The position numbers and the translations under genes were made by a program. 20,000 bases of DNA from Ancylonema sp. (taxonomy: Eukaryota): assembly GCA_050230475.1 (NCBI GenBank), contig JBFLGF010000086.1, positions 53,030-73,029 of the forward strand, written 5' to 3'. Positions 1 through 11,818 of this stretch are shown here, piece after piece. A model generated the notes under the pieces. It worked only from the letters and a program-made list of their open reading frames with translations, made no database searches and was not told the origin of the DNA. Within the stretch, counting starts at the first letter, position 1. Each line of letters starts with the position of its first letter.

Positions 1-346
1 ACAACTACTTTTTTTGGATGCTTTGCGTAAGCAATCCGTTCGATATATGTCATGACCAATAAGTATGACAAATCTCCGAAATCCTTTAATTTATAACTCC
101 ACCATTATGATCAGCGTTATTTTTTGACCCACGAATGATTATAATTTGAACCTGATTACCGCCGGTATTATCAGGGCCTCATATGTCGAATGTTTAATGA
201 ACGCGTGTAAACAGGCCGTTCGGCCCGGCCTGGCCGCCTAGCCGCCTGGCGCAGGCCGTCACGCAGCCGTCAGAAACGATTCATCGTATGTACAATCGGG
301 AGAAGTAGTGACGTTGTTTCGTTGTATAGCGGCATTTTTGAATATT

Positions 347-504
347 TGTGGCGACAAGCGAAAACTATATGCGCCGCTGCATAGCAATTCAGGTGCTTGT
401 GTATAGCAAAGCCCACGGGTGCATGATCGGGGATGTGGCGACAAGCGAAAACTATATGCGCCGCTTGTGCATAGCAATTCAGGTGCTTGTGTATAGAAAA
501 GCCC
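347..504. repeat. Tandem direct repeat, 2 copies of ~68-71 bp (period 87)
   Basis: tgtggcgacaagcgaaaactatatgcgccgc...tgcatagcaattcaggtgcttgtgtatag(c/a)aaagccc occurs at 347..414 and 434..504, differing by a 3-nt insertion and 1 substitution. It explains the repeated peptides in ORFs 259..543 and 348..566. Confidence 0.95.
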
Positions 505-567
505 GTAATATAATCCCCTACCTTGACCTACCCCTACCCCCATGGCAATTAATTATCAGGGTATAAA

Positions 568-584
568 TCTGGCCAGTACGGGTA
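568..584. mobile_element. Orphan right terminal inverted repeat of a CCGTACTGGCCA-family MITE (left end probably upstream of the window)
   Basis: tctggccagtacgggTA here matches the right ends tctggccagtacggTA (to 13430) and tggccactacggTA (to 10529), and is followed by a TA target-site dinucleotide. Confidence 0.55.
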
Positions 585-1449
585 TCTCCCGGTCCAGGTA
601 GTTGACTCCGTCCCGAGCGAAATATATTTTAGGAGCGCCGGTCGGGGCGAATATTTTCGAGGGGGCGCTCTGAACGAAACAAACGGGGCGAAGCCAAACC
701 CCTATATAATAATCTTCGATATAAAAAATTCCTCGCTAAAAGAAACCTCAGAGTTTCTGGTCTGGCTTCGCAGATGGCCAATTGACATGACCCTGTAATT
801 TAACCCTGCCAGTATTTTACTTGTGCTGCACGGATTTCAATTGCATGAAGTATATCATTGATTATCTCTTGCGCGGGCCTACGTTATTTGATGCTGACAA
901 ATCCTCGCACTTTGGCGGTCAGAGTGTCCTCTTTCAAGCATTTGCATTATGATTTTTTGCCGGTCTATCAGCAAAGTGTGTTCATAATTCAGAGGGCTGG
1001 CTGCACGTGGAAGGACAGTTCACAGGAATCCTCGTGCAAAAAAAAAAAATCCCAACTCGATCAGTCGCCAGTTCACCCGCCACCAAATTTACACCGGACA
1101 AAGCGGATAGTGGTGCATGCGCCGTCTGTTTCGGGCAGATCACGCAGCGGCTTGATCTCCAGCAATAAGTCGAATGTCGACGAGGAGCCTCACGGCCAAT
1201 TCGTAAAGTCGCTGGCAGTAGCATATCCGAAGCTGCCCTGCCGGATTTGTGCAGGTATGTGCAGAAGCGTTCCGCTGGCAGGAAAGAAAGTAAGATGAGC
1301 TGAAAGTGTTCGCCTGTTTCACTTCCAGGAGCGCTGGTTGTTCCTTGTCGGCCATGTGGCGCCAACGGCACACTGGAGCGGGGTGGATATCACAAACGGA
1401 ATCCGGTCTCACTGGACCGCATCATTGGTTGGTGCCCGTGCCTGCATTT

Positions 1450-1670
1450 CCATCTCTTCTTCTGCAAGCCTCCAATTCCTGACGCGTCTGTGCTCAATGA
1501 TACTTGAAAATTCCATCAGGTTCGAAGTGGACGGCAATGGAGCGAACATTCGGATGGCGACACTTTTTTGTGCATTCGAAGGTTAAAGGGCAGGGGACGG
1601 AGTGGTTTCTTGAAATGGTGGCGACTTGTGATGCGACTTCGCGCTTCTGGGTGAATGCGCAAAATCTGAA
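1450..1670 (-). pseudogene. Possible degenerate HTH DNA-binding domain (Brinker-DBD/pogo transposase-like) relic
   Basis: Two minus frames join to FTQKREVA...NVRSIAVHF/IEHRRVRNWRLAEEEM, resembling the N.RAAAR.F.I.RR.VR.WR..EE pattern of pogo-type HTH domains. It needs a frameshift, and no DDE domain was found. Confidence 0.25.
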
Positions 1671-3496
1671 GGTGAGGACTCACACAATGTTTGGAGTTGC
1701 ATCTTGGATTGCAAAAAATGATGGTGGATAAAGAACCGTCAAGCTTACGGTTTTAAACAAGGCCTATTATCGTAAACAATTTAATATTTTGTCGATGGTC
1801 TCCAGGACCGAGAACGGTGGAGCAGGGGTTGGCTTCAAAAAGAGGCTATATCGTCGTTAGGAGGGGTGGTGTGCAAAGCTTGCATGGGTGCTGGTCAGGT
1901 CGTGTGCTCTGCTTGTGCGGAGGTGGAAGCTTCTACCACTGGAGGACCCTCGCCTGGAAAACTCGATGTTATCCAAGTGTGAGGTGTCATCTTTCATCAC
2001 AATATTGTTTTTCCATGACACTCGCAAAGGTGAGGGCCTTAGGCGTGTTTGCAAGCGGCAACAATATATGGCAATGGCATTGTAGGTTACTCGTTGAGAA
2101 AGGAGGTATTGGCAAACATTTTGCAAACCTCGTTAACGAGTTGTGACAACTCGTTAAAGCGACTCGTCGCTTCCAGGCCAAGTAGCTTGGATAGTGGTGC
2201 GCAACGCCGTATGCAGCAACCTTTCAAAGGACAGTCAAACTCGAGATAGTAGAACTCGATTAAGGGGTCATGGGTGTGCTTTCGAAATTCATGTATCCGT
2301 TGGTTGTACTTGTGTGCTTGGGTGTACTTGTACCTTGTGTAACTTGTACCTTCTACCTTTTGTACCTTCCACATCAATATTGTTCCACCTGTTGATGTGG
2401 AATTGAGGTGATACACGTTAACTCTTGAGCGGATATGTGAGTCAAAGAAAGAGATTTGTGTTTTTTACTCAAGTCCTAAGTGACTTTACAATAGTGGGGC
2501 ACGCTTAATTGTAGAAGCATACGGGTGATCAGTAGATAAGCTTCAAAGATTTATTGACTTGCACCTTCGAGGTACATACCGATTTTCAACTCGGCCAATA
2601 CTTGATGCTGCAAAATTCGTTACTAGATGCACTTATGCGTTTAAAATATGGGCAAGGAAGCCAGAAGCGCATGCTATTTTCATATTGTATACTTTTTGCA
2701 CATTCTTTTTTACCCTGGAAAATTCGGGTGTATGAGACTCCACTCTCCATACTTTGTCTTCATCAGCCTGAATCATACCTCTAGAACAAATGCAAACAAA
2801 ATATTATCAAACGGCTCTCTTCAAATATGATAACACATGTCAACATATTTGTGAACCTGCATGGAGTGGAAGTTGACATCTGTCACTGCATGTCTACGGT
2901 TACCTATTTAGAAGAGTGTTCGGCCAGAACATCAACAATCGGTATCCCTGACAACCATTAGCATATAATTGATACTATTGCTGCTTTGCTGCCTTGCAAA
3001 TCCTGGACTTGTGTATATTTTGAATCAAGAACCGAGAATACATCAACAATGTCGCCAATCGCGAGAGGCACATGGTTGACACAACTAATGGTCAACATTA
3101 CTCATGATACTTGTTCATCAATATACCATTCATGAGGGATCAAGAGGGATCAACCGAGGGTGCGACAAAATGCCTCTGTTGCTACCGCACCCATCGCTAT
3201 ATTTTGTCGAAGTCTCAACGAGAACCCATCCGATTATGCTACTAGTACTCTTTTCTGAGTAATTTGGACGCACAATTAAAATCTAGAGTTAGACATTGTG
3301 TCTCGAATAAATACGTCATAAATACGAAAATTTGTGTCGACCTGTTCTTGTGTACGAAAGCTCTCACCTAGTCTGTATCAATGTAGTGGATATATTCTTT
3401 CAAAATTCGGTACAATCGAATATACACATACAGCGCCCCAAAAAATTGGCTTCTAAAAACTTGTTGTAGGATACATTACATGGCACGTTCCACAGC

Positions 3497-5068
3497 CTAT
3501 TGTAGGTGGAAGGTTGCCACCACCTGCTCCATCCCAAGCGGCCACCAAAATAAAATACAGACATCAGTACAACCACTTGTGATAACAAACCATATTCAGC
3601 AAGCCCCCGCTTTCCGCTTCCCGCCTCCCGCCTCCCAACCTACTCTTTTTATCAACGATTCCAATGTAGCCGCATCCGAGTCCAAATACTGCACCAGCAC
3701 CATCACCATCAATCACCATCACCATCGAGTATGTGGTTACACCTCTTAGCCTATCTGCGAGCACGCCAAGGAATGGGATGTCCATGGCTGACTTGCCTGT
3801 CCTGTTAATGTGAAGAGCCGGTTGTAATACTCGCTTCCCTTCACAGCAACAGCTGATACTAGCTGACGTTTCGCCTCTCCCACCGGTTGTAACGAGTAGT
3901 TGACGTAGTACATATCTGCAACGGACCCCCATGACATTTTCTGGACTTAGAATCACAACCTCACGGGGAGGAACCCATGTTTGCATGTTTGCAGTCACTC
4001 TGAAGGCGGTGGGGCAGAAGATCACCCACCATTGGCTGCCTTGGCTGAGACAAGCTTGGCACTTTGACCGGGAGGCCGCTTCCAGCTGCGATCCAAGCTA
4101 TTCACCTACGCACCCTCAACCATAGAGAGCCATTTGTGACCTTATATTCTCTTCTGCCCAAAGGAACCCGATGCCAAGCTCAAGGGCGGGCCAACCACAC
4201 CAAGTTCTCCGAAAAGTCATCCACGCGCCCAAAGGAGGAGAGACTCGTGTAGTCCGCTCCCAGGATGGTGATCACAAGACTCACTGCACTCAACCCTCAA
4301 GGCTACCACGGTTGGCACCTAAATCCCACTATGGAAGCAGACGACGTGAGGTACTAACCGTTTGTGACAGAATCCCCTTTGGGGTAGAAGCCCACCACCC
4401 TCCTACTTCCCGTCTGCCCTTCCCCACTCTCCCAGCCTGCCCACCGCCCATCTCACCCCTTAGCAACCAGCCACCCACGACGAGCCCAGAGGGCCAAGGC
4501 TGGGAAGTCACCTGCTGGCACTTCTAGGGAGAAGAGGTTCTCTGGATCGGTGTACAAGGATGGACTCGGGGACCCCTCGATTTCTGCTGCCCCCCTGGGT
4601 GAGAACAGGTAGGGGAGGCTGCGCAGTTGGGTCACCAGAGGAGCTGTTGAACGGTACCTGTAGCAGCAGCAGCAGCAGCAGCTGCTGTAGAGAAGGGCAT
4701 GCATCCGAGGAAACTGCCACTGCCTGCTGCCAGCAACAGTTGGCGGCGATCAACCACTGACTCGGCAGAGTGGGGAGCTGCAATCCACCCAAGAAACAAA
4801 TCAAGATCACAATGCTTAGGTTCCGCAAAGGTTGAAGGGCCAACAACCGCCCACAATCAATATAATTGGCAGCTCCTTGCCGATCATACAGCTGAAGGTG
4901 CTAGAAAAAAGGAGTGATGAGGGGTACCATAGGTAAGGGGCACCGGATTCTGAACGGCTCACCAGGCAGGCTGCAAATTACAGGCAGTGTAGTGCTTCTG
5001 CCCTTCCTACTTCCCACAGAGGCCGGGAGAGCAGAGAAAACGGCAGAAGAGGCACACATGGCCGCCAT
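3497..5068 (-). CDS. PPD3: PsbP domain-containing protein 3-like, thylakoid lumen (~242 aa). Exons 5068-4963, 4777-4658, 4586(or 4583)-4512, 4436-4359, 4283-4201, 4105-4030, 3915-3797, 3688-3644, 3523-3497
   Basis: Spliced translation: transit peptide MAAMCASSAVFSALP..., Tat signal VDRRQLLLAAG...AAAA, then YTDPENLFSLEVPAGWESGEG..VVGFYP..NVSLVITILGADYTSLSSFGRVDDFSENLVNSLDRSWKRPPGQSAKLV..MYYVNYSLQPVGEAKRQLVSAVAV..YYNRLFTLTGQ..VVATFHLQ*. This closely matches the recalled Arabidopsis PPD3 motifs (SGLDRSWQKP, YYIEYTLQNPGE, WYNRLYTVTGQ). All intron phases are consistent. Confidence 0.92.
4662..4682. repeat. (AGC)7 microsatellite encoding poly-Ala at the end of the PPD3 lumen-targeting signal
   Basis: agc x7 on the + strand is GCT Ala codons on the - strand within exon 2. 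Confidence 0.9.
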
Positions 5069-6181
5069 GGTGAACGAGGCTACACACGGCAGGGAAAAAG
5101 GAGGAGGTGACGAATTGCGAAATGGTAAATGTCTGCACACAGTCAAGCAGCACCGGACGTAAAGCTCTACAAAGAACATTCCGGTACATGATAGGGCTGC
5201 AACAGATGCATCCAGCTGTTGAAATCCCACAATAATCATTTTGTGTCGTAACTCATAGATTTTCTCTGGCCTCATCCTTCCCAAGATTCACGCTTCATGT
5301 CCAGCATAGGAAACATCATTTTTTTCTTTTATGAAGTTTCATGTCCACGGACTGTGCTATGCTGCGCAGGCGAATTAATTCACGAGTGCGGGCACAAACA
5401 GCAGAATCAAGTAAGATCAGCGAGCTGATATAATCGCGAAAATAACTATGTATTCAGCAACATGACATCAGTCACGTCTCTGTGCAGCACTAGTATCTAG
5501 AAATCGTTTCCATCCGCGCTGCGGTCAAGCTCACACAAATGGCAACACGCAGCTCACACAAATTTCTCTCTTGATTTCCTGTCTCTCACTAGCATAACTT
5601 CATCACATGTCTCTCAGAGAACAGGTAAGACTGGAGTACCTCAGTGAACGTACAGAGATTGAAGCGTACTGTCTGTACAACAGGCTCAAAGAATTTGCTA
5701 CTGGCTCAGAGAATATGCTGAAATCCGACATTGGAAGTTGATACGACAATGCAGTAGAGAGGAGAATTTACGGAGCGCGGTGTCAAGTAATTCACGCCGT
5801 ATCCGGGTGCATCAAACAGGGGCTGCGACTAGTTCTCCGAAAAACATGTGCTACCACTAGTCCATGACATGCGCCAAGCGTTGCCTTGCGTTGTCCGTCC
5901 TTGCTTTGGGTAAGGTCGGTGTAGGCGGTTTTGCTCGAACCCGTATGCTCTCACTAATATTACGTTGGGGGTAATTAGGGCCTCAAAAGTCGTTTAATTA
6001 CCGTTATTACGGACGATTCAAACTCGATGCGCTGTAAAGGATGTCGCATTCGTTCGTAATATTGTTATGTTCGATATTGCAATGTCTGAACTGCGAATTC
6101 ATACGCTTTGTTCCCGCCTTCTTCACGAGCCAGTTTCGAGCGCGCAGAGGGGCCCGGCTAGCCTGAGCGGGCCCGCAATCC
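5069..6181. promoter_or_regulatory. Divergent intergenic/promoter region shared by PPD3 and MurC
   Basis: ATGs at 5068 (-) and 6182 (+) face away from each other, ~1.1 kb apart. GGGCCC (site II/TCP-like) motifs lie at ~6150 and ~6168, just upstream of MurC. TSS and UTRs cannot be determined. Confidence 0.5.
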
Positions 6182-8969
6182 ATGGCATTAAGAGCCCCAT
6201 CGCAGTCTACTCTTCCTTTTCATAAGGTCCTGAGAAGAGTCTCTCGCTGTAATGTACGTTTGGTTCGTCCGCGCTGCTGCGCTTCGCGTCAAGAGCACGA
6301 AGCACCAAAACTGAAACGCCAGAATGCCTTGTCACGGTCGGAGCAAGGCAAAACTGAGCAAAGGGTTCATTTTATAGGACTCGGAGGTGCTGGACTCTCC
6401 GCATTGGCCTTGTTTGCACTCAAACAGGTCAGCTCGGGACTCCAATGAAAAGATGCTATCGGCAGTCCTGCAGCTGACAGGGGGGTAGAAGGGAATTCAG
6501 GGATGGCACGTGAGTGGTTCAGACCTGGCGAACAGCGAGAGGTTGAAATGCCTCCGGAGCGAAGGAGCCAATGTGTTTCTTGGTCACGATGCATCGCATC
6601 TGTCCACAGGCTCTGCCCAAGCTCCAGTTGCTGTGGTCGTTTCCAGTGCAGTTGCAAAGGACAATGTGGAAGTGGAGGAAGCAAACAGAGCTGGAATCAA
6701 AGTGTACATGCCAGCAGCACTCCCTTGCTTATTCATGTGGTCCTGTTGTAACGTATCGTCTCCTACTGCATGCACAGGTGGAAACGAGATGAGTGGCTGG
6801 GAAGAATCACAGCCAACAAGGAGCTCATTGCTGTGGCGGGCTCGCACGGTGACCACTGAGTCTGCAAGCTCTTGGTAATGCGTGAGCAGCAGGACGTCTG
6901 GGTAGCTGACGTTAACAGTGTCGTGGCAGGTAAAAGCAGCACCACTGCAATGCTGGCACTGTGCCTGAAGGACCTCGGAGATGACGTCAGCGCTATTGTC
7001 GGTGCAGAAGTACCGCAGGTCTTCTCCCGATCCACACCCTGCAAATTTCGAGACTCGAACTTTGATTTCGAACTTGGAATTTCAGTGCACTCTCATAATC
7101 TTCTTCCTTTGAGCTTAAACAGTTTCCAGACGGAGGCAACGCCATGGTGGGAGATAGCCCACGTTTCGTCCTGGAGGTGAATACCTGCAGCCCAGGCTAG
7201 GACACCAGAAACCGAGATTGCCACTGGAAGGCTTTATACAGGGCCCCTTTGCAGGCAGATGAATACGATGGGTGCTTTCTTGGCGTTCAGCCGTCACTAG
7301 CAGTAGTCACCAACTGCGAGTGGGAGCATGTCGACATCTTTCCCAACGAGGTCCCCTTCACCCCTCCTCCCCCCTCCTCTGCCTTTCCTCCACTCCTCCG
7401 CCCTTCTCACCTCGTCCCCCTCCCTATTTCCAGGCGTCTGTCCGCTCCATGTTCCGCCAATTCGCCCACCGACTCCGCCCCAACGGCACACTGCTGCTCT
7501 GCGCAGACGAGTACGCTGCCCCCACCTCCTCCCTGCTCCCAACTCCCTTCCTCAGATGGTGACTGTAGATTGAGCTCGGCGTGGGCCCACCCCCCCCCCT
7601 GCAGTGCGGGATCCCTCTCCCTTGCTACAGCTTACAGGGACCACTCCCCTGACTCGGATCGTGCCACCTGGCTGGACGCCCGCCAGGTGGTGACCTACGG
7701 CCTCTCGCCGGGCTGCGACTGGCAGGCCATGCTCCTGGCGCCCAACCCCCAGGGGGGGACGGATTATGTGGTGGTGCATCAAGGGCTGCCCATGGCCCGA
7801 GTAGCTCTGAGGCATCCGGGGACTCACAACGTCCTCAATTCGTTAGCAGTGAGGGGGGATACACAGAAATCTGGACTGAATCCCTTACTGGGGGGGAGGT
7901 ATTGGGGAAATATTTGATGGTTATCTTCCCTGCCTCCCTCCAGGTGGTTGCTGTGGCCGCCTTGCTGGCATCCCGTGATTTGTCTGCTGGAGATGAGTCT
8001 GCTGCCCTTGCGGCTCGGAAGAGAGCGGCTGAGGCGGCTGGTCAGTGTCTGGGGAGGTTTGAGGGGGTGAAGCGGCGGTTTGAGTTTGTTGGTCGGGCTC
8101 GTGGCTGCGCCATATTCGATGACTACGCCCATCATCCCACGGAGATCCGTGCCACACTCCAAGCTGCTCGCCAGCGTTTCGATGTGCAGCCGCTGTGGGT
8201 GGTTTTCCAGCCGCATACCTACAGGTGACGAATGGGACACCGTCCCCCTTCTCATTTCCTGCATCTGCCCTCACACTCGATTGACTTTTTTTCCTTTTTT
8301 TCTTTCTTTGGGTTCCCCCACCTTTCAGTCGCCTTGCCCAGCTGCTGCCTGACTTTGCTCCCTCCTTCAGCGCAGCCGATCGCGTGATTGTGACAGCGGT
8401 ATGGATTTGCTGTTCCAAATGGCTTCCTGCCTGCGGGAGGAGACAGTGATAGGTGGAGGCCGGGGACGGGGGGCGGTGTGCGTTGTGCAGGTATATGCGT
8501 CCCGGGAGGAGAAGTCAGGGGGAGTGAGCGGCGCTGACCTGGCTGCACTTATCAAGGGCCCCCCAGCCGTCTATGTGCCGAATTTGGTAGGCTGACTCAC
8601 TGATCTCGGTTGGAAGGGGGGGAAATCTGACACAGGCATTGGTTTGTTCCGTTGTATTGCAGGAGGATGCTTTAGAGCGCTTGGTGTGGGAAATCACGGT
8701 GCGGGAAACAAATGCAGGGGGGGGGCCCAGGGGGGAAATTATTGTGCTTACACTTGGGGCAGGTGAGGGGGGGGTGTGCTGGACATTATCTCACTACCTT
8801 CGCAGTGCTCCGAGTTGTCTTGTGATTGGATGTAGTGATTGGATGATTGTACAACCGATTTTGAAGTAAGGCAATGCGATTGTGAGCCGATCAGTTTTCT
8901 GGTTCTGCAGGAGACATTGGAGATCTTGGCTGCAGACTACTCGCACAACTATCAAGGGGTGCTTCATGA
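6182..8969 (+). CDS. MurC: UDP-N-acetylmuramate--L-alanine ligase, plastid-targeted (~561 aa). Exons 6182-6427, 6501-6703, 6778-6848, 6930-7018, 7123-7176, 7255-7350, 7434-7510, 7605-7848, 7944-8224, 8329-8398, 8491-8586, 8663-8762, 8911-8969
   Basis: Mur ligase motifs occur in order: [15 protein letters not shown] (GxGGxG), VSGSD, VVSSAV..DNVE, P-loop [77 protein letters not shown]. Twelve GT-AG introns of 73-148 nt join into a 1686-nt frame. The ~55-aa S/R-rich N-terminal extension resembles a transit peptide. Confidence 0.96.
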
Positions 8970-9649
8970 ACGGCTTAAATCTCCCTCCCGTCACTACTTC
9001 CTAAACACATTTACCTGGAATGTTGCTACTTGGGTACTCAGATTGCAAATTCTGTCTTTGAACGGGTCTGGACCAAACCAAAACAATAAAGAGGGGGAGC
9101 GTGGTCTCCTTTTGATCTTGTCTCTACGGTGTTGACAATTTTACCTAGCTGTCTTATATTTTTGGTCTCTGCTTATGCACACGGACAATTCCCCAGACTA
9201 GGTAAAATCTTTTGCCATGCAAGACAAATACTCGAATATTTTACTGGTATACATTGAACTGTACTGAATGACAAGGCTCCATGGAATGCTAAGCCATGGT
9301 CACCCATTGGCCAAGCTACCAGGAATCACAGGCTTTGCAGAGATTTTGTGATTGTAACGACCAGATTGAGATTGAGATTTTGAGAACATAACGACCAGAT
9401 GTACTGAGGAGAAATACTTATTCTATAGACTTGGTCATAGTGTGTACACAGAAATGCGGACAAAAGGCCCAAGAACGGTGTAAAATCTAAGCCGAGCAAA
9501 GTACGTGGATCCGCAAAGCCATACTACTCCACTCAGAGATTGTACAAAACTCCCTACTATACCACTGCCAAGAACAACAGATGTAGCAAGTAATTTAATT
9601 CTTTCACCAATTTGTGAAAATGCATTAGTATACACAGGCACCTTCGCCC

Positions 9650-11818
9650 CTAATAAAGAACATGGCGAGGCAAATCTCTATTCACGTTCTCCCGGTATGC
9701 CACCCTAGTTCTAAAGGCTTCTGCCCTCTGGCTGGCCTTCACCCCGTTGTCTTTCAGGCGGTTTTGTTTTCCTGTCCATTGACAAGGTCTTGTCGCCAAC
9801 CCCATGCTCTTGTACCTGATACATACCACAAATGCTGTCAGCATCCATCTCTCCCCACATGACGCACAAAGCAACCGAGCCATCTAAAACAAATAAGTAT
9901 TTGGTGGACCATGCTTCAAAAAGCTGTGGTGATATGCACCAAAATGAAGCTCCCAAAGAACATACCTTGACACAAGAGCATTCCTCAGCCCAGCATCTCG
10001 TGTGTCTGAGGGTCGGGGGCTCTGTTTATAATAGCGGGCCAGCTCCCTTGAGCCCAAGATTTTGGAACCTTCTCCGTCCTTAACCACGAGCTCCATGCCC
10101 CCTGGAGACATTAAGACAAGGGCTTCGGAGGTCTCTCCCGCAATCGCTAGGTCCATGCCTTCAGATGACTCATAACTGGACACAACACAACCGATTGTGA
10201 GCTTCGAAAAGCACTTATTAAACTACAACACCACTGCAAGTAGCCAGACATCTTTTTGCTTGACTGGTAATAATTATTACTTCGGACTATTGTACTGGCC
10301 ATACAAAACGAGACCCTCAAATCATTATGAGACGGGTCGGGTCAATGTAATCTTAATCATTTTCTTGTGAAAAGTGGGTCATTCTACAATGTGGGTCACC
10401 AGAAAATAAATATGATTCAGGAATTTGGGAATTTATTTTTCGGGTGCGCGGGTGGGTAATATGGTAGTTTATTAGATGAACTTAATTCATTTTCTAAAAC
10501 CCGGGTCCTCATGTATGGCCACTACGGTACACAGATTATAATTTGTGCCTAAGAAATAGTGACCGGACGAGCCTATCCTTCTTTAATATTCAATCATCTT
10601 TGCAATCGCAGTGTCTGCTAGCACTACGGCCGGTTGCTGCCCTTGGAAAAACGTCTGGTATCCGCAGGAGTGACCCATGTGCCTGGAAGCTCTTAGCGCT
10701 TCATTCACGCGTGCACTTCCGGATGTTCATTTTCTAGACAAGCATAGACAAATGTGCCCCACGTCAGCCAAGGGGTAGACAAAAACCTGGAACTGTAGTC
10801 ATAGAATTCTTCCAGCTCCTCTTCTGCTACCCCTGAACCATCACCCCAGCGCAACTTGCAATGATTCTTGTCCACCATATGCTTGCGGACAGCCTCGAGA
10901 CTCTCAAACTGCCTGCCCCGTTCGTCACACACCAAGCACATGAAGCCTTTGGAAACCTGCACCACTCCACGATGACATGGAGCTCAAGTCTGTGGAAGTG
11001 TAGTGACACCGTAAAAATTGGGCCAACGACCAGCAGAGAAGTGCAAAAAAATCCCGTGCCGCCGAATTGCCCTTTACAACAACCTGGAAACTCACCTTCA
11101 ATCCTAGATACTGCAGCAATTCTCGTGGCTTCGATAGGTACTCGGAGTCTGGTACGAAAAATCCATGCTGCCGGTGCATGTGCTCCACACATTCTGCTAC
11201 TTCGTCTCCCTGCCTAACTTTCCAGTCACAAAACAAACAACAGGCAGTGTCCCACTCCTCGAGGTCCCCTGCCTCTGCCTCTGGCGATGGCAGAACATCT
11301 CCGTCTTCAACAGCAATTGCTGCTGCTTCGTCTTCGTCCATTTCTTCCCACTCGTCATCATCTTCATCTGCATCCTCATCCAGCTTTCCCACATTCGAAG
11401 GATTCATATCTTTCAAATCAACGATGTCCTTAGAGTCACTCTGGCCTCCCATATCACCAGAAGAGAGCGCCCCCCTACCGCTTGCTAATCTAGGTCTGAG
11501 TACTGGAGCGTCTGTAGGCCCCTTGTCCTGAACCGCAGCCGCTCTACCCTGATGAGCCCTGGAATGAAGGTGGTTAGCATGTGCCTTTGCCGAACTGTAT
11601 TCCTTATCGCACAAGACGCATGCATAAAGCTGCCGCTCTTCCACTGCGCTCTGTGCTTCTAAAGTCTTCCGCCGAATTTCAAACCACGCTGCTGTAACCC
11701 CAGGAAGCCCCGCCACCTTCCGCTTCAAGTTGTAACGATGCCACTCCGAGCGGTAATGCTCTCGTTGCAGTCCGTCGTTCTCAAAATTTTCATTGCAAGA
11801 ACGACACATACTAGCCAT
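9650..11818 (-). CDS. REIL: REI1-like / ZNF622 cytoplasmic 60S subunit maturation zinc-finger protein (~422 aa). Exons 11818-11096, 10956-10787, 10175-9966, 9815-9650
   Basis: CRSC..QREHYRSEWHRYNLKRKVAGLPGV, second finger CVLCDKEY..HLHSRAH, acidic DDDEWEE tract, CLFC..HMHRQHGFFVPDSEYL..LLQYLGLKV, CLVCDERGRQF..VRKHMVDKNHCK, FYDYSSSY, LGSRELARYYKQ and RYKSMG are hallmark Rei1/ZNF622 motifs. GT-AG introns with consistent phases give 1269 nt. Confidence 0.95.
10290..10527. mobile_element. Non-autonomous TIR element (MITE, Tc1/mariner-like, TA TSD) inside REIL intron 2
   Basis: TA(10288-89)+ttgtactggccataca ... tgtatggccactacgg+TA(10528-29). The TIRs match 13/16. The interior is AT-rich and non-coding, and the host intron is 611 nt versus ~140-150 nt for its siblings. 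Confidence 0.75.

Noticed and set aside
212..241. GC hairpin (caggccg...cggcctg) followed by CTAG, like a Helitron 3' end
   Set aside because: The spacing to CTAG is short, it is not followed by T, and there are no other Helitron hallmarks.
259..566. ORFs 259..543 (-) and 348..566 (+) with internal peptide repeats; possible CRISPR-like repeat
   Set aside because: Only two ~70-bp copies with a 19-bp gap, in eukaryotic context and probably inside a MITE. The peptide repeats merely reflect the DNA duplication.
7249..7917. Pro-rich segments in the 222-aa ORF as protein domains
   Set aside because: They are C-rich introns (7351-7433, 7511-7604) of MurC read through.
6182..8969. Bacterial contamination or recent HGT of murC
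   Set aside because: Twelve spliceosomal introns, a transit-peptide-like extension and flanking plant genes show an established nuclear gene.
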